From Macrostomum lignano (Eukaryota), in NCBI GenBank assembly GCA_002269645.1, contig NIVC01000337.1, positions 372,001-436,000 of the forward strand: DNA of 64,000 bases, given 5' to 3'. Both the position numbers and the translations under genes were made by a program. This document shows, one piece after another, positions 10,738 through 21,669 of this stretch. The notes below the pieces were generated by a model. It saw nothing but the letters and a program-made list of their open reading frames with translations, had not been told where the DNA came from and ran no database searches. How positions within the stretch are numbered: position 1 is the first letter of the stretch; every line of letters starts with the position of its first letter.

Positions 10738-11606
10738 TCAGGCCTGCAGCATCGGAGCATCATAGCTGGGCCGAGTGACCACGACATGGCTGGTCTGGTT
10801 CATCACCTGGAATGAGGAGAGTGGAGCAGCCCGTTGTCTGACTGGTTCAGCATGTGATTGAGCTGGGTCTGGCAGTGACTGAGCTGGGTCTGGCAGTGAC
10901 TGAGCTGGGTCTGGCAGTGACTGAGCTGGGTCTGGCAGTGACTGAGCTGGGTCTGGCAGTGACTGAGCTGGGTCTGGCAGTGACTGAGCTGGGTCTGGCA
11001 GTGACTGAGCTGGGTCTGGCAGTGACTGAGCTGGGTCTGGCAGTGACTGAGCTGGGTCTGGCAGTGACTGAGCTGGGTCTGGCAGTGACTGAGCTGGGTC
11101 TGGCAGTGACTGAGCTGGGTCTGGCAGTGACTGAGCTGAATCTGTTTAAACAGTGACTCAGTAGGGTCTGGCAATGATTGAGTAGGGTCTGGTCTGGCAA
11201 TGACCTGAGTAGGGTCTGACAATGACTGAGTAGGGGTTGGCAGTGACTGAGCAGAGGGGTGAAGCACCCAGAGACGCACCGGTCGGTAGACGGCGCGGTT
11301 CTTCCTGCAAGGCGCGCAGCAGCAGCAGCAGCAGCAGGAGAGCAGGAACAGGGCCAGGAGACCTCCGGCGGCGATGCACACGTAGAACAGCGCCTTCCAG
11401 ACCCGACGGCAGCCGGTGTCGATGCCCTGCGTTGACACGCCGGCTTTGCACATCTCGTAATAAAACGGGTTGCCATCGTCTTTCTTAACCTCGATGCTGG
11501 CGCCGCTCTTGCCCATATTGAAGTTGATGCCGCTGCCATCGCTGGCGACACCGCTGGCCAGCAGGGCCAGGACAGCCAGGGCGCAGATATTGAGGCGGCA
11601 GAGCAT
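10738..11606 (-). CDS. Small single-pass poly-Cys membrane protein (paralog B); join(complement 11606..11280, 10806..10738), 131 aa
   Basis: Clear homolog of 2630..3254 (GNPFYY, TGC.R.WK.LFYVC, CCCCCCC). Donor CCG|GTGCGT at 11279, acceptor CATTCCAG at 10807. Exon 2 reads VMNQTSHVVVTRPSYDAPMLQA*. Exon 1 is 327 nt, identical in length to paralog A. Confidence 0.8.
10860..11250. repeat. 21-bp intronic minisatellite (GAGCTGGGTCTGGCAGTGACT) x13 plus degenerate copies
   Basis: 13 perfect copies at 10860..11132; lies inside the predicted paralog B intron. Confidence 0.95.
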
Positions 11607-11868
11607 GGCGTTTCAGACTGCCAGATGCGGGAGCGGTTATGCAAATATTTTTAGAATTTCAAATAGATTTTGGGCCAAACACTTAGCAACATAAATAGAA
11701 CTTGGTACTAGGGCTGTGCACACACATCCCTCCCTCTCTTGCCATTTGCCACTTTTATTAGCGAGCACAATTATTTTAACTCATTGATGCTATTTGGCTA
11801 TTATGGTCTTGCTTTGCCACCAACCAGCGACAGACGAAATTATGCAGACTGTTATTAGGGGGGCCGTA

Positions 11869-11930
11869 GGCCCGTAGCCCAGTGGTCCAGCGCGGCGTCT
11901 GATGTGCCAGCGGCCCAGGCTCGATTTCAA
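11869..11930 (+). mobile_element. Possible degenerate tRNA-derived SINE head
   Basis: A-box-like TAGCCCAGTGG and weak B-box-like GGCTCGATTTC at tRNA-like spacing; no cloverleaf. Confidence 0.3.
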
Positions 11931-13389
11931 GTGCAGTGTCACATTAATTTGGGGGATAAATTGGAATCTCAGCTGGATGCAATTAACGCCCCTGACTGAC
12001 CCCAAGGCACAGGGTAGCGTACGGATCTGCCTCTTAAAGTGTGCCAGGGTGCGCACAGCACCGGCCTCTAAATAATGACGACTGTTATTAATGATAACGA
12101 GCAGGCTATACAGTTAAATAATGAATAAATCAGTCAATGAGTTAATGATTTAATTCTAAACACAAACAAGTAAAAATGGACTATTTTATCAGGACTTACG
12201 GTGCTACAAAAGCAGGACAATTTGGTTGAACTTTTAACAGACGGTGCTGCGGCGCTAAGGGCGGTCCAAGTAATCCTTACTTTCTTGCGACTGCGAGCTA
12301 TTAATCTGCCTGCTGTTGCAACTCAATGCATTGTTGGGGGGCGGGGGTAAAGCGGAGCGCGGCCTTGGCCCGGCCCAGACCCCCTCAAAGGGGAAGGGTT
12401 AGAAAACGACGGGCGGGGAGTGTACATTGGCTAATGTACATTCTATTCCGCCTCTAGAGCCCAGACTTTGTCATAAAATTTCCTGGAAATCGTTAATGCA
12501 CATATCAGATACGCTCGTGTCTATAGCATAGAGCAGACAGACACCCCTTTGCAATCCTTCCATAACGTCTCGACTATCGACCAAAACCGAGACTGCAGAG
12601 TCTGCGTTCGTTCGTACCATTGTCAATTTTCATTCCTTTTTCTACGAGTGTGCCTACATTCCTACATTTCTAACTGCCAATAGTGAGTGGCTCTAGGCCA
12701 GTGTCTGAGTCTACCGTCGCGTACAGTGTACAAATACATTTTTGATGCCTGCCTTCCAAACAAACAATACGAAAAAAGAATGTCTCTCTTTCGTGTTTTT
12801 GCTCTTCACCTCAAAAAATAGCTCGTAACTCGCTAAAAAACAAAAAACAGTGTAAACGCCGAACTAAATGCGAGACTAAATGCGAAATGGCAGACACTGA
12901 GCAGCGATGGCTGGCTGTATGCCTAGATCTTAGTTAATTTGAATGGCACACTCACTACTACTACTAAATAGTATCTAACGCGAAGCAATCATTGCATTGA
13001 ATACAGATTGCATTTGAAAAATTAGAGAAATAAAATTAAACACAACAACGCGAATTTTATGAATATATGCCTAATTACTTTCATGTAGACTTTAATCGCT
13101 CTTAAAAATAATAAATTTAGGTGAGCCATTACTATACGCAAAATCGAAGTCTGCTGCCTATTAATTTTATTTATTTGACACGGAAACATATTTTAATGCT
13201 ACTTCCACTTTTGGCCAGCTAAAACAAAAAATAGTTTGTGAATGTGACTACATATACTACTAACAACTCATAGCTTTTTAAATTTAGCTACAGTAATCCT
13301 ACAGAGAAAGACCGGTCTGCGCAATCTAGTTAAACTAAAATACAACGCATTTCCCTAAAGCCTAAAACAAAAGAAAAGATCGAACTAGC

Positions 13390-15169
13390 CTACTTATTAG
13401 AGTAGCATTGAAAGCGCGCCGGACCGGACGCAATTTCGTCATTCTTCATGTGCAGATAGAATGATATAATGTAGCGATGCGGACCGCGCGGCAGCTGGAG
13501 AGGCGACATGAACTCGCCCGACACGATCTGGGTTGGCGAGTCGCCCTCCCGGTCGGGTAGGTACACTTCGCAGCTCAGAGGCAAACTGCCGAACTTGCTG
13601 TGCGGCTCGACAAGGAGCTGCCTCTCGTTCAGGTGCAATCGGAGCGCCTTGCGGCCATTCTCATTGCCGCTGGACGAGTTCCCAGTCAGCAGAGAGAAAG
13701 AAAAAGTTCCTGCCGAATGGGGACGGGAGAATGCCGAATTATTGGCAGTTATGCAGTCATAAAGCTCTGTAGAGCTTTCAACTTGGTATACTTTGCCCTT
13801 ATTTCTGATTATCCATTCTATTGTCCATTGTTCTCTGTTAATGATCCTCTGGTCTATTTTTCCCTGGTCATGATCCTGTGGTCCATTTTTCCCTGGTCAT
13901 GATCAGGGACTACTCAAACACCGGGACGGGAAACTAGAATTTTTTTACGAGGCTGGTCTTCTATCAGCAGTAGAAAATAACCATAGACAATAAAGTAACA
14001 CAGCATCTCTCTAATGAAAATAATTGCCAGCCAGCCTCGTAAAAAAAATTTAGTTTCCCGTCCCGGTTTTTGAGTAGTCCCTGGTCATGATCCTCTGGTC
14101 TATTTTTCCCTGGTCATGATCCTTTGGTCCATTTTTCCCTGGTCATGATCCTCTGGTCCATTTTTCCCTGGTCATGATCCTCTGGTCCATTTTTCCCTGA
14201 TCAATTGTCCTCTGGCCCATTGTTTCCTGATCCGCTGTGTCTACGGATCACCCCTTGCTCGTCAACTCTTGTCATGTTCCAACGCACCATTGAGTGGCAA
14301 ATCTTGCATCTCTCTGCTAAGACGCCGCTTGAGCGACTCGGATCTCTGGCGCACCACAACATGCATTGGCAGGCTGCTTTGGTTGACAGCCATTACTCGG
14401 TCTGGATGCACTCGCAGGGTGAGCAAACGGTGCCGTCTAGCCTCACTTGTGTTGCTCTGGCAGATGAAGGAGGCCAGGCGAGTTTGCGGTCCTCTGGTTG
14501 TTACCAAAAACCTTTAAAGTCGAGAAAGTATTTCCCTTAGCAAGATAAAGTAAGTTTATTTCTGGAATTTGTTAAGAGCCACATCAAGAAAAAACAACAG
14601 AAGGCTCACTTGAAATACTTTCCCTGCGAGCGTTCGAAGTGCACTGTCTTCTGAAGAAATCCGCAGAAGACCTGCCGCTCCGCTAGCTGAGACTCCGTCC
14701 GGACTGTATACGGCTTCATCTTCCAGATAATAATCTCCATTCGTTGTTTGAGAAACTTGAGCACTGGCTTCACCTCGACAAATTCTGTTGACACTTTAAT
14801 CTGCATAAACTGCTTGTCATCAGCTTCATCCTCGCCAGTTTCCATCGAATACATCCGGTACACGTTAACATCAGGCTGCAGAGTCAACTGCAGCTGGTCC
14901 TCAGTCACCAAGCGGAGTCCGCGGCCTAGGCCAGGTCCATCCAGCCGAATCTGCTGCTCATCCGTGTTGGTGATCTGCAGGTGGTCATCGAGGATCACAA
15001 CCTCCACAGCGCAACTGAACGTTGGTACTTCCGCAGTTGAACCGTCGATTTGCGCGTCCGAGTTGCTGCTAAAGTACTTTTCCGCGACGAGCATGTACAC
15101 CACGGTGCCTAGCAGGAACAGGAAGATTCCCACCGAGGCAGCGAACACCGCTATGGTCAGTGCGGACAT
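13390..15169 (-). CDS. N-terminally membrane-anchored protein of unknown family; join(complement 15169..14610, 14511..14288, 13766..13390), 386 aa
   Basis: Three track ORFs join in frame through GT-AG introns: AA|GTGAGC...TTTAAAG (phase 2, 98 nt) and G|GTGCGT...CTACAG (phase 1). Total 1161 nt = 387 codons. N-terminal hydrophobic helix LTIAVFAASVGIFLFLLGTVVYMLVA. No motif recognised. Confidence 0.65.
13843..14200. repeat. 29-bp minisatellite (GATCCTCTGGTCCATTTTTCCCTGGTCAT) interrupted by a MITE
   Basis: Copies on both sides of the MITE at 13904..14083; intronic. Confidence 0.88.
13904..14083. mobile_element. hAT-type MITE, 180 bp, ~53-bp TIRs, 8-bp TSD GTCATGAT
   Basis: The left end CAGGGACTACTCAAACACCGGGACGGGAAACTAG..TTTTACGAGGCTGG is the near-perfect reverse complement of the right end. 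GTCATGAT is present at 13896..13903 and 14084..14091. CAGGG ends with an 8-bp TSD fit the hAT superfamily. Confidence 0.9.
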
Positions 15170-15817
15170 TCAGCTGGTGGCCGGCGGCCTGCAGCAGCAA
15201 CCTGCTGACATGAGGTTGTCGTAGCTTCTTCCTTTCTTCTCCAACCTTCTCTAACCCCAAATTCGGTTTGAAATGAATAAAGCCAAAACTCTGTTGTTCA
15301 TCACTTCCGTTTGTCAAGCAAGCCATCTTCTCAATTGAAGACTTGACAGCTAGTTGGCAAAGTCTATGGTAAAAAGCTGTGTTCTACGTTTTGACGTCTA
15401 AATCTTCTTGATCTGTTCCACCATTTACTATATAGAATAGAACATGTTTATGCAACCCAAGCCAAGGGCCCGTGTGCAGCCCTCATTGTTTTCAATTTGT
15501 CCTAAAACCGAGTAAAAAGTAATACTTGATCGAAGCCATTGAAGAAAAAGTTTTCTAGGCTGCCAGTGCAATACAAATGTTAGGTAATGTAATTATTAAG
15601 CATCAAGTACGCAACATCTAAGCTTGTGAAAATATGTTAGAAAGAATGCAGAAAATTTTAGAGAAATAATAATAAAAACTGGTTGTTTCTTTGACTACCT
15701 TTGGAATGCAAAGAAGTATCCCCGTAGCTGGAAAACTAAGAGAAAAACTTCACGTCATGATCACAACTAAATATCATCTCAATCCCAACCACCTCACCTC
15801 TCTATCCCAGTATCATC

Positions 15818-16415
15818 ACTCCCAACATCCTCAATCCCAACATCCTCAATCCCAACATCCTCACTCCCAACATCCTCACTCCCAACATCCTCACTCCCAA
15901 CATCCTCACTCCCAACATCCTCACTCCCAACATCCTCACTCCCAACATCCTCACTCCCAACATCCTCACTCCCAACATCCTCACTCCTAATATCCTCACT
16001 CCCAACATCCTCACTCCCAAACATTCTCAATCCCAGCATCCTCTCACTCCCAACATACTCAATCCAAGCATCCTCACTCCCAACATCCTCACTCACAGCA
16101 TCCTCTCTCCCAGCATCCTCAATCCCAGTGTAATATTTTATTCCTTGCCTTAGAGGCAGTCTGAACTGTTAGCAATCGTGACAAATAATTAGCTGAATCA
16201 TCGTATTGATTTAATGTACGTTCGCTCTCTATGTACATCGCAGGCTTAACTTCAACTTGCATAAATAAAGCGATCACGGCCTCACGGGGCCTTCGTGTTT
16301 TTGGGTGCTGCCAAATACCGCGTGTTACACCAGTATCCTCACTCCCAACATACTCAATCCAAGCATCCTCACTCCCAACATCCTCAATCCAAGCATCCTC
16401 ACTCCAATCCTCAAT
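15818..16415. repeat. 15-bp minisatellite (CACTCCCAACATCCT), main block 15818..16125 with a second short block 16335..16415
   Basis: HSQHP periodicity; a unique ~200-bp spacer separates the two blocks. Confidence 0.92.
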
Positions 16416-16460
16416 TCTTAAATTCTCACTCTCCCTCAGGTGGCACTAAAGTCGCTACTG

Positions 16461-17430
16461 TCAGACAAGGCGACCAGATTTCCACACCTGAGTGTGGAAC
16501 TGCAGCACGTAGGAGTGGCGATGCTTCCACTGGCAAAGTGCCTCCTCTTCGTCCGTCATCCGGTTGAGATCGCGGCACGGCCCAGCCGTGACATTGTCCA
16601 CCACCCAGGAAAATGGATTAAACTCGCGGGCGGGGGCCAGGCAGATTCCGCTGGCTGGGTCCATGGCAGCTACCCTCAGTGCCCGCGTCAAAGCCACGGG
16701 GCCGCAGATCTCCTCGGGAATGCCGCCGCCGGCGCCAGCAGCCTCGGCAATCTCGGCGGCCATTACGTTCGCTTTGACGCCTCGCAGCAGGCGAAGCCAA
16801 AACGGATGTCCCGGCTCGGCCGAATAGAGGAACGAATTCTCGTAGTAGCCGAAGCTGTCGCCTGGCCCGCGCAGGGTGCGCATCCGGCCGACCAGAACTC
16901 GGCAGTCGGCGAGCCGGTGCTCGAAGCTTCGCAGGCACACGTTGTCCAGGTCGGTGTAGATGCCGCCGAATTTGTACATGTAGATATACCTGCGGCCATA
17001 GTGGGGGCAATCAAATTACGGTGTGGAGGTTGCATCCTACCTTGCTAAACAAGTCTACCTACCTTGCAACATCGGCACGGCAAATCGGGTGCCGTCGCAG
17101 ACCCCGGATGTAGGTGTCGAGGAACCAGGGTGCCGCCCGCCGCACCAGCGACTCATTCATTTCATCCGTCCACAGCAGATGGCGCCAGGTTGGAAAGCAC
17201 TGGCGCCAACTGTTTCGCCAGCGATCAAAGCGAGGCGTCAGAGTTGAAGTTTTCCAGCTCTGATGCACGATGCGACTCCCGTCGTGATGAGGCAACAGCG
17301 GCTGCTGAAGTTTTGGAGGCGCCGGCAGAGGATTTCGCGTGGCGATGAAGGTCAGAACCCCGACCACGGCAAGCAGCTCGGCGAAAACGCACGCAAACAG
17401 GCGCTGCCCAGAGACTTTCAGCAGTGCCAT
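16461..17430 (-). CDS. GT32-family glycosyltransferase (DXD sugar-binding, type II membrane); join(complement 17430..17063, 16989..16461), 298 aa
   Basis: N-terminal TM; RIVHQSWK, WRHLLWTDE; the splice AG|GTAGG...CCGCAG|G (73-nt intron) restores RADVARYIYMYKFGGIYTDLD; then NSFLYSAEPGHPFW and CGPVALT. Confidence 0.9.
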
Positions 17431-17454
17431 GGCCAGAGCTGCGCCCGCGAACTC

Positions 17455-17456
<2 letters not shown>

Positions 17457-17507
<51 letters not shown>
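17457..17507. repeat. (TC)n microsatellite just upstream of the GT32 start codon
   Basis: About 25 dinucleotide units. Confidence 0.95.
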
Positions 17508-17511
<4 letters not shown>

Positions 17512-18281
17512 TCTCGTGCTTTATGGCTGCAGATTTTAAAATTCATGAATTCCGGCCTCGCTGAAGAGTACCAGGGCCAGAAGAAACGCGGAAAGAAGGA
17601 CGAATGAAGAAAGCTCCGACCACCGCCCCTATGATTCGGGAACCAAATCCCAGCTCCCTCCAGTTTTCATCTCTTCCCTTTTCATCTCGCCCTCTCCCAT
17701 TTGCCTCGGCTTTATTTCTCTTCTGCACGCAAAGAGAATCGCATAAAAAGTAAGAGAAAGAGAGGGCGAGTGGCACAACCGCACTCAGTGAGAGATGAGC
17801 ACCGAGGACGAACGAGTGAATGAGAGGGGCCGAGGAAGGAGCTGTCGCTCCTCCACCATTCCTATTCCATGCAGTTTTTGCGGGCTTCGACATCTATTGA
17901 GAGCAGGACAGGCCTGAGAGGATGCACCATTTCCCATCCATCCCATAGTGAATGCAGGCTCACAATATTTCCCCCGGAGACTGGGGATTTCGAGCTCGGA
18001 AGGATTATTTCCCTGATCCCCATCCCGTTGCACTCCTTTTTGGAGTGAAAGCCTAGTCGGCATCTTCAATAACATCTGCCGCGATCTGTTCTTGAATGGC
18101 TGTCTGATGCTAATCTGGACTATTCTTCTATTTTTCACTATGATTTGAAAGAGAATGCTTCGAGGTATTTTTTCTCTGCTTGATGCATGGCAATTTGGAT
18201 ATTTTCCCTGATAAGATCTGTTCAAAGCGATGTTGAAATGTCTTCTAAAAATGAAAAATGATTTTTTTGCATGCTTTTACA

Positions 18282-20006
18282 GGGAGTACGAGATCTGCTA
18301 GCAGGAAATGTGCTAGCCGAAGTTTGCTAGCGAGAAATTTGCTTGCCGAAATCTGCTAGCCGAAGTTTGCTAGCGAGAAATTTGCTTGCCGAAATCTGCT
18401 AGCCGAAGTTTGCTAGCGAGAAATTTGCTTGCCGAAATCTGCTAGCCGAAGTTTGCTAGCGAGAAATTTGCTTGCCGAAATCTGCTAGCCGAAGTTTGCT
18501 AGCGAGAAATTTGCTTGCCGAAATCTGCTAGCCGAAGTTTGCTAGCCGAAATGTGCTAGCCGAAATCTGCTAGCCGAAGTTTGCTAGCGAGAAATTTGCT
18601 TGCCGAAATCTGCTAGCCGAAGTTTGCTAGCCGAAATGTGCTAGCCGAAATCTGCTAGCCGAAGTTTGCTAGCAGGAATTTTGCTAGCGAGGATTTTGCT
18701 AGCCGAAATCTGCTAGCAGGAATTTTGCTAGCGAGGATTTTGCTAGCCGAAATCTGCTAGCAGGAATTTTGCTAGCGAGGATTTTGCTAGCCGAAATCTG
18801 CTAGCAGGAATTTTGCTGGCAAGGATTTTGCTAGCTGCCTTGCTCTCGTAGCTGTTGCATGTTATTTGCTGTGTTTTGATTCCGATCTGAGCTGCTTTGA
18901 TTCGTACGAGTAAATATATAACTTATATACCATATACTGCCATATACTTATATACTGCCACTACCAGCCATTAAGACTGAAAGTTGTGTGTATAGATAAG
19001 TTTAAATTTAACTACCTGAACTACAGCTGCCTGAGCTACCTGAACTACGGCCTTACAGCTGATAATGCTAAAACATTATCAAATGTCAAATATCAAAGTG
19101 CAAACGTTTTTTTGCAACCCATGTCAAAAGATTGACTTGTTTCCAGGCAATGGTATTGCATGGTTTTGGCTAAAAATGGTCAAGAGAAGTGGTTAAAAAT
19201 CCCAAATCTTTTTATAACTAAAAACCATATCTGATAAATAATTGCTGTAAAAAGCCAAAATGTCTACATTTTATGATTGCATTGTTGGGCACACTTATAA
19301 TTTTATTTTAGCCCGCGATCGGCCTCTTTCTAAACACTTAAAAAAAGAAAATCGGTCATTTATCTTGACCAAAGTAGCCACATTTTAAAAGGTGTTAAGA
19401 AGAATAGAATTAACAAGCACATTTTGTATATAAATTACATTCAGATTCTTGTCATACGAGTGCTAGCTACTAGGAAATTTCTGATTTAGTAATTTCTAAT
19501 TGCATTATATTACGATACAACAATGCAGGCTGCAATTAGTATTATATATTGCAATTTGAAGATCACTGCTAATAAGCACGATAAAGAGAGTCATTAGAGC
19601 GAAAAACGCAAATTTATTTGTCCTGCATGATAAGTCCTGCAAAGTTTCTTGCGAAATTGGGCAAGAAAAAATGTCTCTAGCAAATTACAACTTCGTAAAT
19701 TGCTGTTCGCCGGTTTTGGTTATATTATCGCTAGCAGATTTCGGCTAGCAAAATCCTCGCTAGCAAAATTCCTGCTAGCAAACTTCGGCTAGCAGATTTC
19801 GGCTAGCAGATTTCGGCTAGCAGATTTCGGCTAGCACATTTCGGCTAGCACATTTCGGCTAGCACACTTCGGCTAGCAAACTTCGGCTAGCAGATTTCGG
19901 CTAGCACATTTCGGCTAGCAAACTTCGGCTAGCAGATTTCGGCAAGCAAATTTCTCGCTAGCAAACTTCGGCTAGCAGATTTCCTGCTAGCAAATTTCAT
20001 AGACCC
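18282..20006. mobile_element. Non-autonomous foldback/Mutator-like DNA transposon, 1725 bp, 9-bp TSD GCTTTTACA, long modular inverted arms
   Basis: TSD at 18273..18281 and 20007..20015; ends GGG...CCC. The arms (about 18282..18840 and 19730..20006) are inverted arrays of 14-15-bp units with a GCTAGC core. The AT-rich interior has no ORF in the track. Confidence 0.88.
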
Positions 20007-20532
20007 GCTTTTACAATTACGGAGCGTCATACCAAAACCGAAAGATATTTTTTATCAAAGCGCAAAATAAAATGCGCCTGTTTTAAAATTTCTACTGCAA
20101 GTAAAACACCCGGCATATTTTTCTTCAAGTTTCAGATAGGAAAGAGCGGAGATGAAAGCAGATAGAGTATTTTTTAAACTCTGCCCCAGGTAACGGGCCT
20201 TTTTGAGTACTCTTTTGAATGGCCGAGTGGATTGGACAGACAGAAGTGTAGGGTGTTTGGGCTACAGGGTAAGGATAGGGTTAGGGAGGTATAGAAAAAT
20301 TGTACTAGAAAGTGAACGAGGAGGTTGGGTTGTAAGAAAAGCAAGTTCGTTTTGTGTACCAAGAGGCTGAACATACAAGCGCTAATAAGGCGTTGCATGG
20401 CAACTGAGAGGGGGAGATAGTACAGCGATGCAGGCCAAGAGAGTATTTTTGCTTGCCCTCGACCAGCTCAGACCAGCTCAGACTAGCCACACATCGGAAC
20501 TATTCCTAGGCTTTTCTAATCAACAGTAAAAT

Positions 20533-21669
20533 ATGCTTTGTTTCCGGCTTATATTGTCGTTAGCCCTGCTTGCCACTTGGTTCGGATCTGGAAATGCAGC
20601 AAACAAACTCGAAATACTGCGCCAGAGGATTCGCAACGATGAGCGACGGCTGAGCAAGGACTTCAACGCGCTGCAGGCAATGATGCTTTCAGGGACCATC
20701 AAAAATGCACCTGTGAGAAACTGGGGTCCCAGAGCGACTCAGCGACCTTATTACAGGCCGCAGCCTGTCCTGCCGGCAAATGCACCTGTGAGAAACTGGG
20801 GTCCCAGAGCGACTCAGCGTCCTTATTACAGGCGGCACCCAGCTGTTCTACCGACAAATGCACCTGTGATAAACTGGGGTCCCAGAGCGACTCAGCGTCC
20901 TTATTACAGACCGCAGATTGCCATGCCGACAAATGCACCTGTGAGAAATTGGGGTCCCAGAGCGACTCAGCGTCCTTATTACAGACCGCAGATTGCCATG
21001 CCGACAAATGCACCTGTGAGAAATTGGGGTCCCAGAGCGACTCAGCGTCCTTATTACAGACCGCAGATTGCCATGCCGACAAATGCACCTGTGAGAAATT
21101 GGGGTCCCAGAGCGACTCAGCGTCCTTATTACAGACCGCAGATTGCCATGCCGACAAATGCACCTGGCCCGTCCCAGCGAAAACCTAATTCTAATTGGCA
21201 GTCTCGAAACAGCCCGACTAAAATCACAAATACTATTGGACAAACCGACCGGAATGTCAATCGTGTCAAAGCAGGCCGACCAAATGTCGCCAGCACGCCG
21301 AGCAGCAAAATCTTCATTCAAAAAACATACAATGTGCACGGCCGTTACCAAGTGACCCAAATCGTTCGGAATAGTACAAATACCAACAGCAGCATTTTTG
21401 TGCACTACGTCTGCAACAGTCGGGGCGTCTGCGTCCGTCACTACACCGTAGGCTTCTACTCCACTGTGTCCGTCGGTGGAGTTGTCCTGCTCATGCTCAT
21501 TATCTGTGCTGCCGTCATCGTTCGCCGCAGGCGATTGGTTGTTCAGCAGTACTCTGTCCTGTCTGACACGGATGCTCAGCACATGATGGGTGGCACTATG
21601 AGAGTTGGCCCCCTGCCCGGCCAGGGGCTGTCCGTGCAGAGCGACCCGGTGATCGTGGGCCAAGTCTGA
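20533..21669 (+). CDS. Type I membrane protein with six Arg/Pro/Tyr-rich 25-26-aa ectodomain repeats, 378 aa, intronless
   Basis: Signal peptide MLCFRLILSLALLATWFGSG; repeats NAPVRNWGPRATQRPYYRPQIAMPT at 20704..21156; C-x4-C motif; TM VSVGGVVLLMLIICAAVIV; RRRR stop-transfer. Non-repeat flanks are in frame on both sides. Confidence 0.82.
   Translation: MLCFRLILSLALLATWFGSGNAANKLEILRQRIRNDERRLSKDFNALQAMMLSGTIKNAPVRNWGPRATQRPYYRPQPVLPANAPVRNWGPRATQRPYYRRHPAVLPTNAPVINWGPRATQRPYYRPQIAMPTNAPVRNWGPRATQRPYYRPQIAMPTNAPVRNWGPRATQRPYYRPQIAMPTNAPVRNWGPRATQRPYYRPQIAMPTNAPGPSQRKPNSNWQSRNSPTKITNTIGQTDRNVNRVKAGRPNVASTPSSKIFIQKTYNVHGRYQVTQIVRNSTNTNSSIFVHYVCNSRGVCVRHYTVGFYSTVSVGGVVLLMLIICAAVIVRRRRLVVQQYSVLSDTDAQHMMGGTMRVGPLPGQGLSVQSDPVIVGQV

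Noticed and set aside
16440-17348. Plus-strand ORFs of 202 aa and others overlapping GT32
   Set aside because: Antisense shadows of a GC-rich coding region; no motifs.
17785-18225. 146-aa minus-strand ORF, and a weak integrase-like phrase in another frame
   Set aside because: No recognisable motif, stops in the alternative frame, and too little signal to call.
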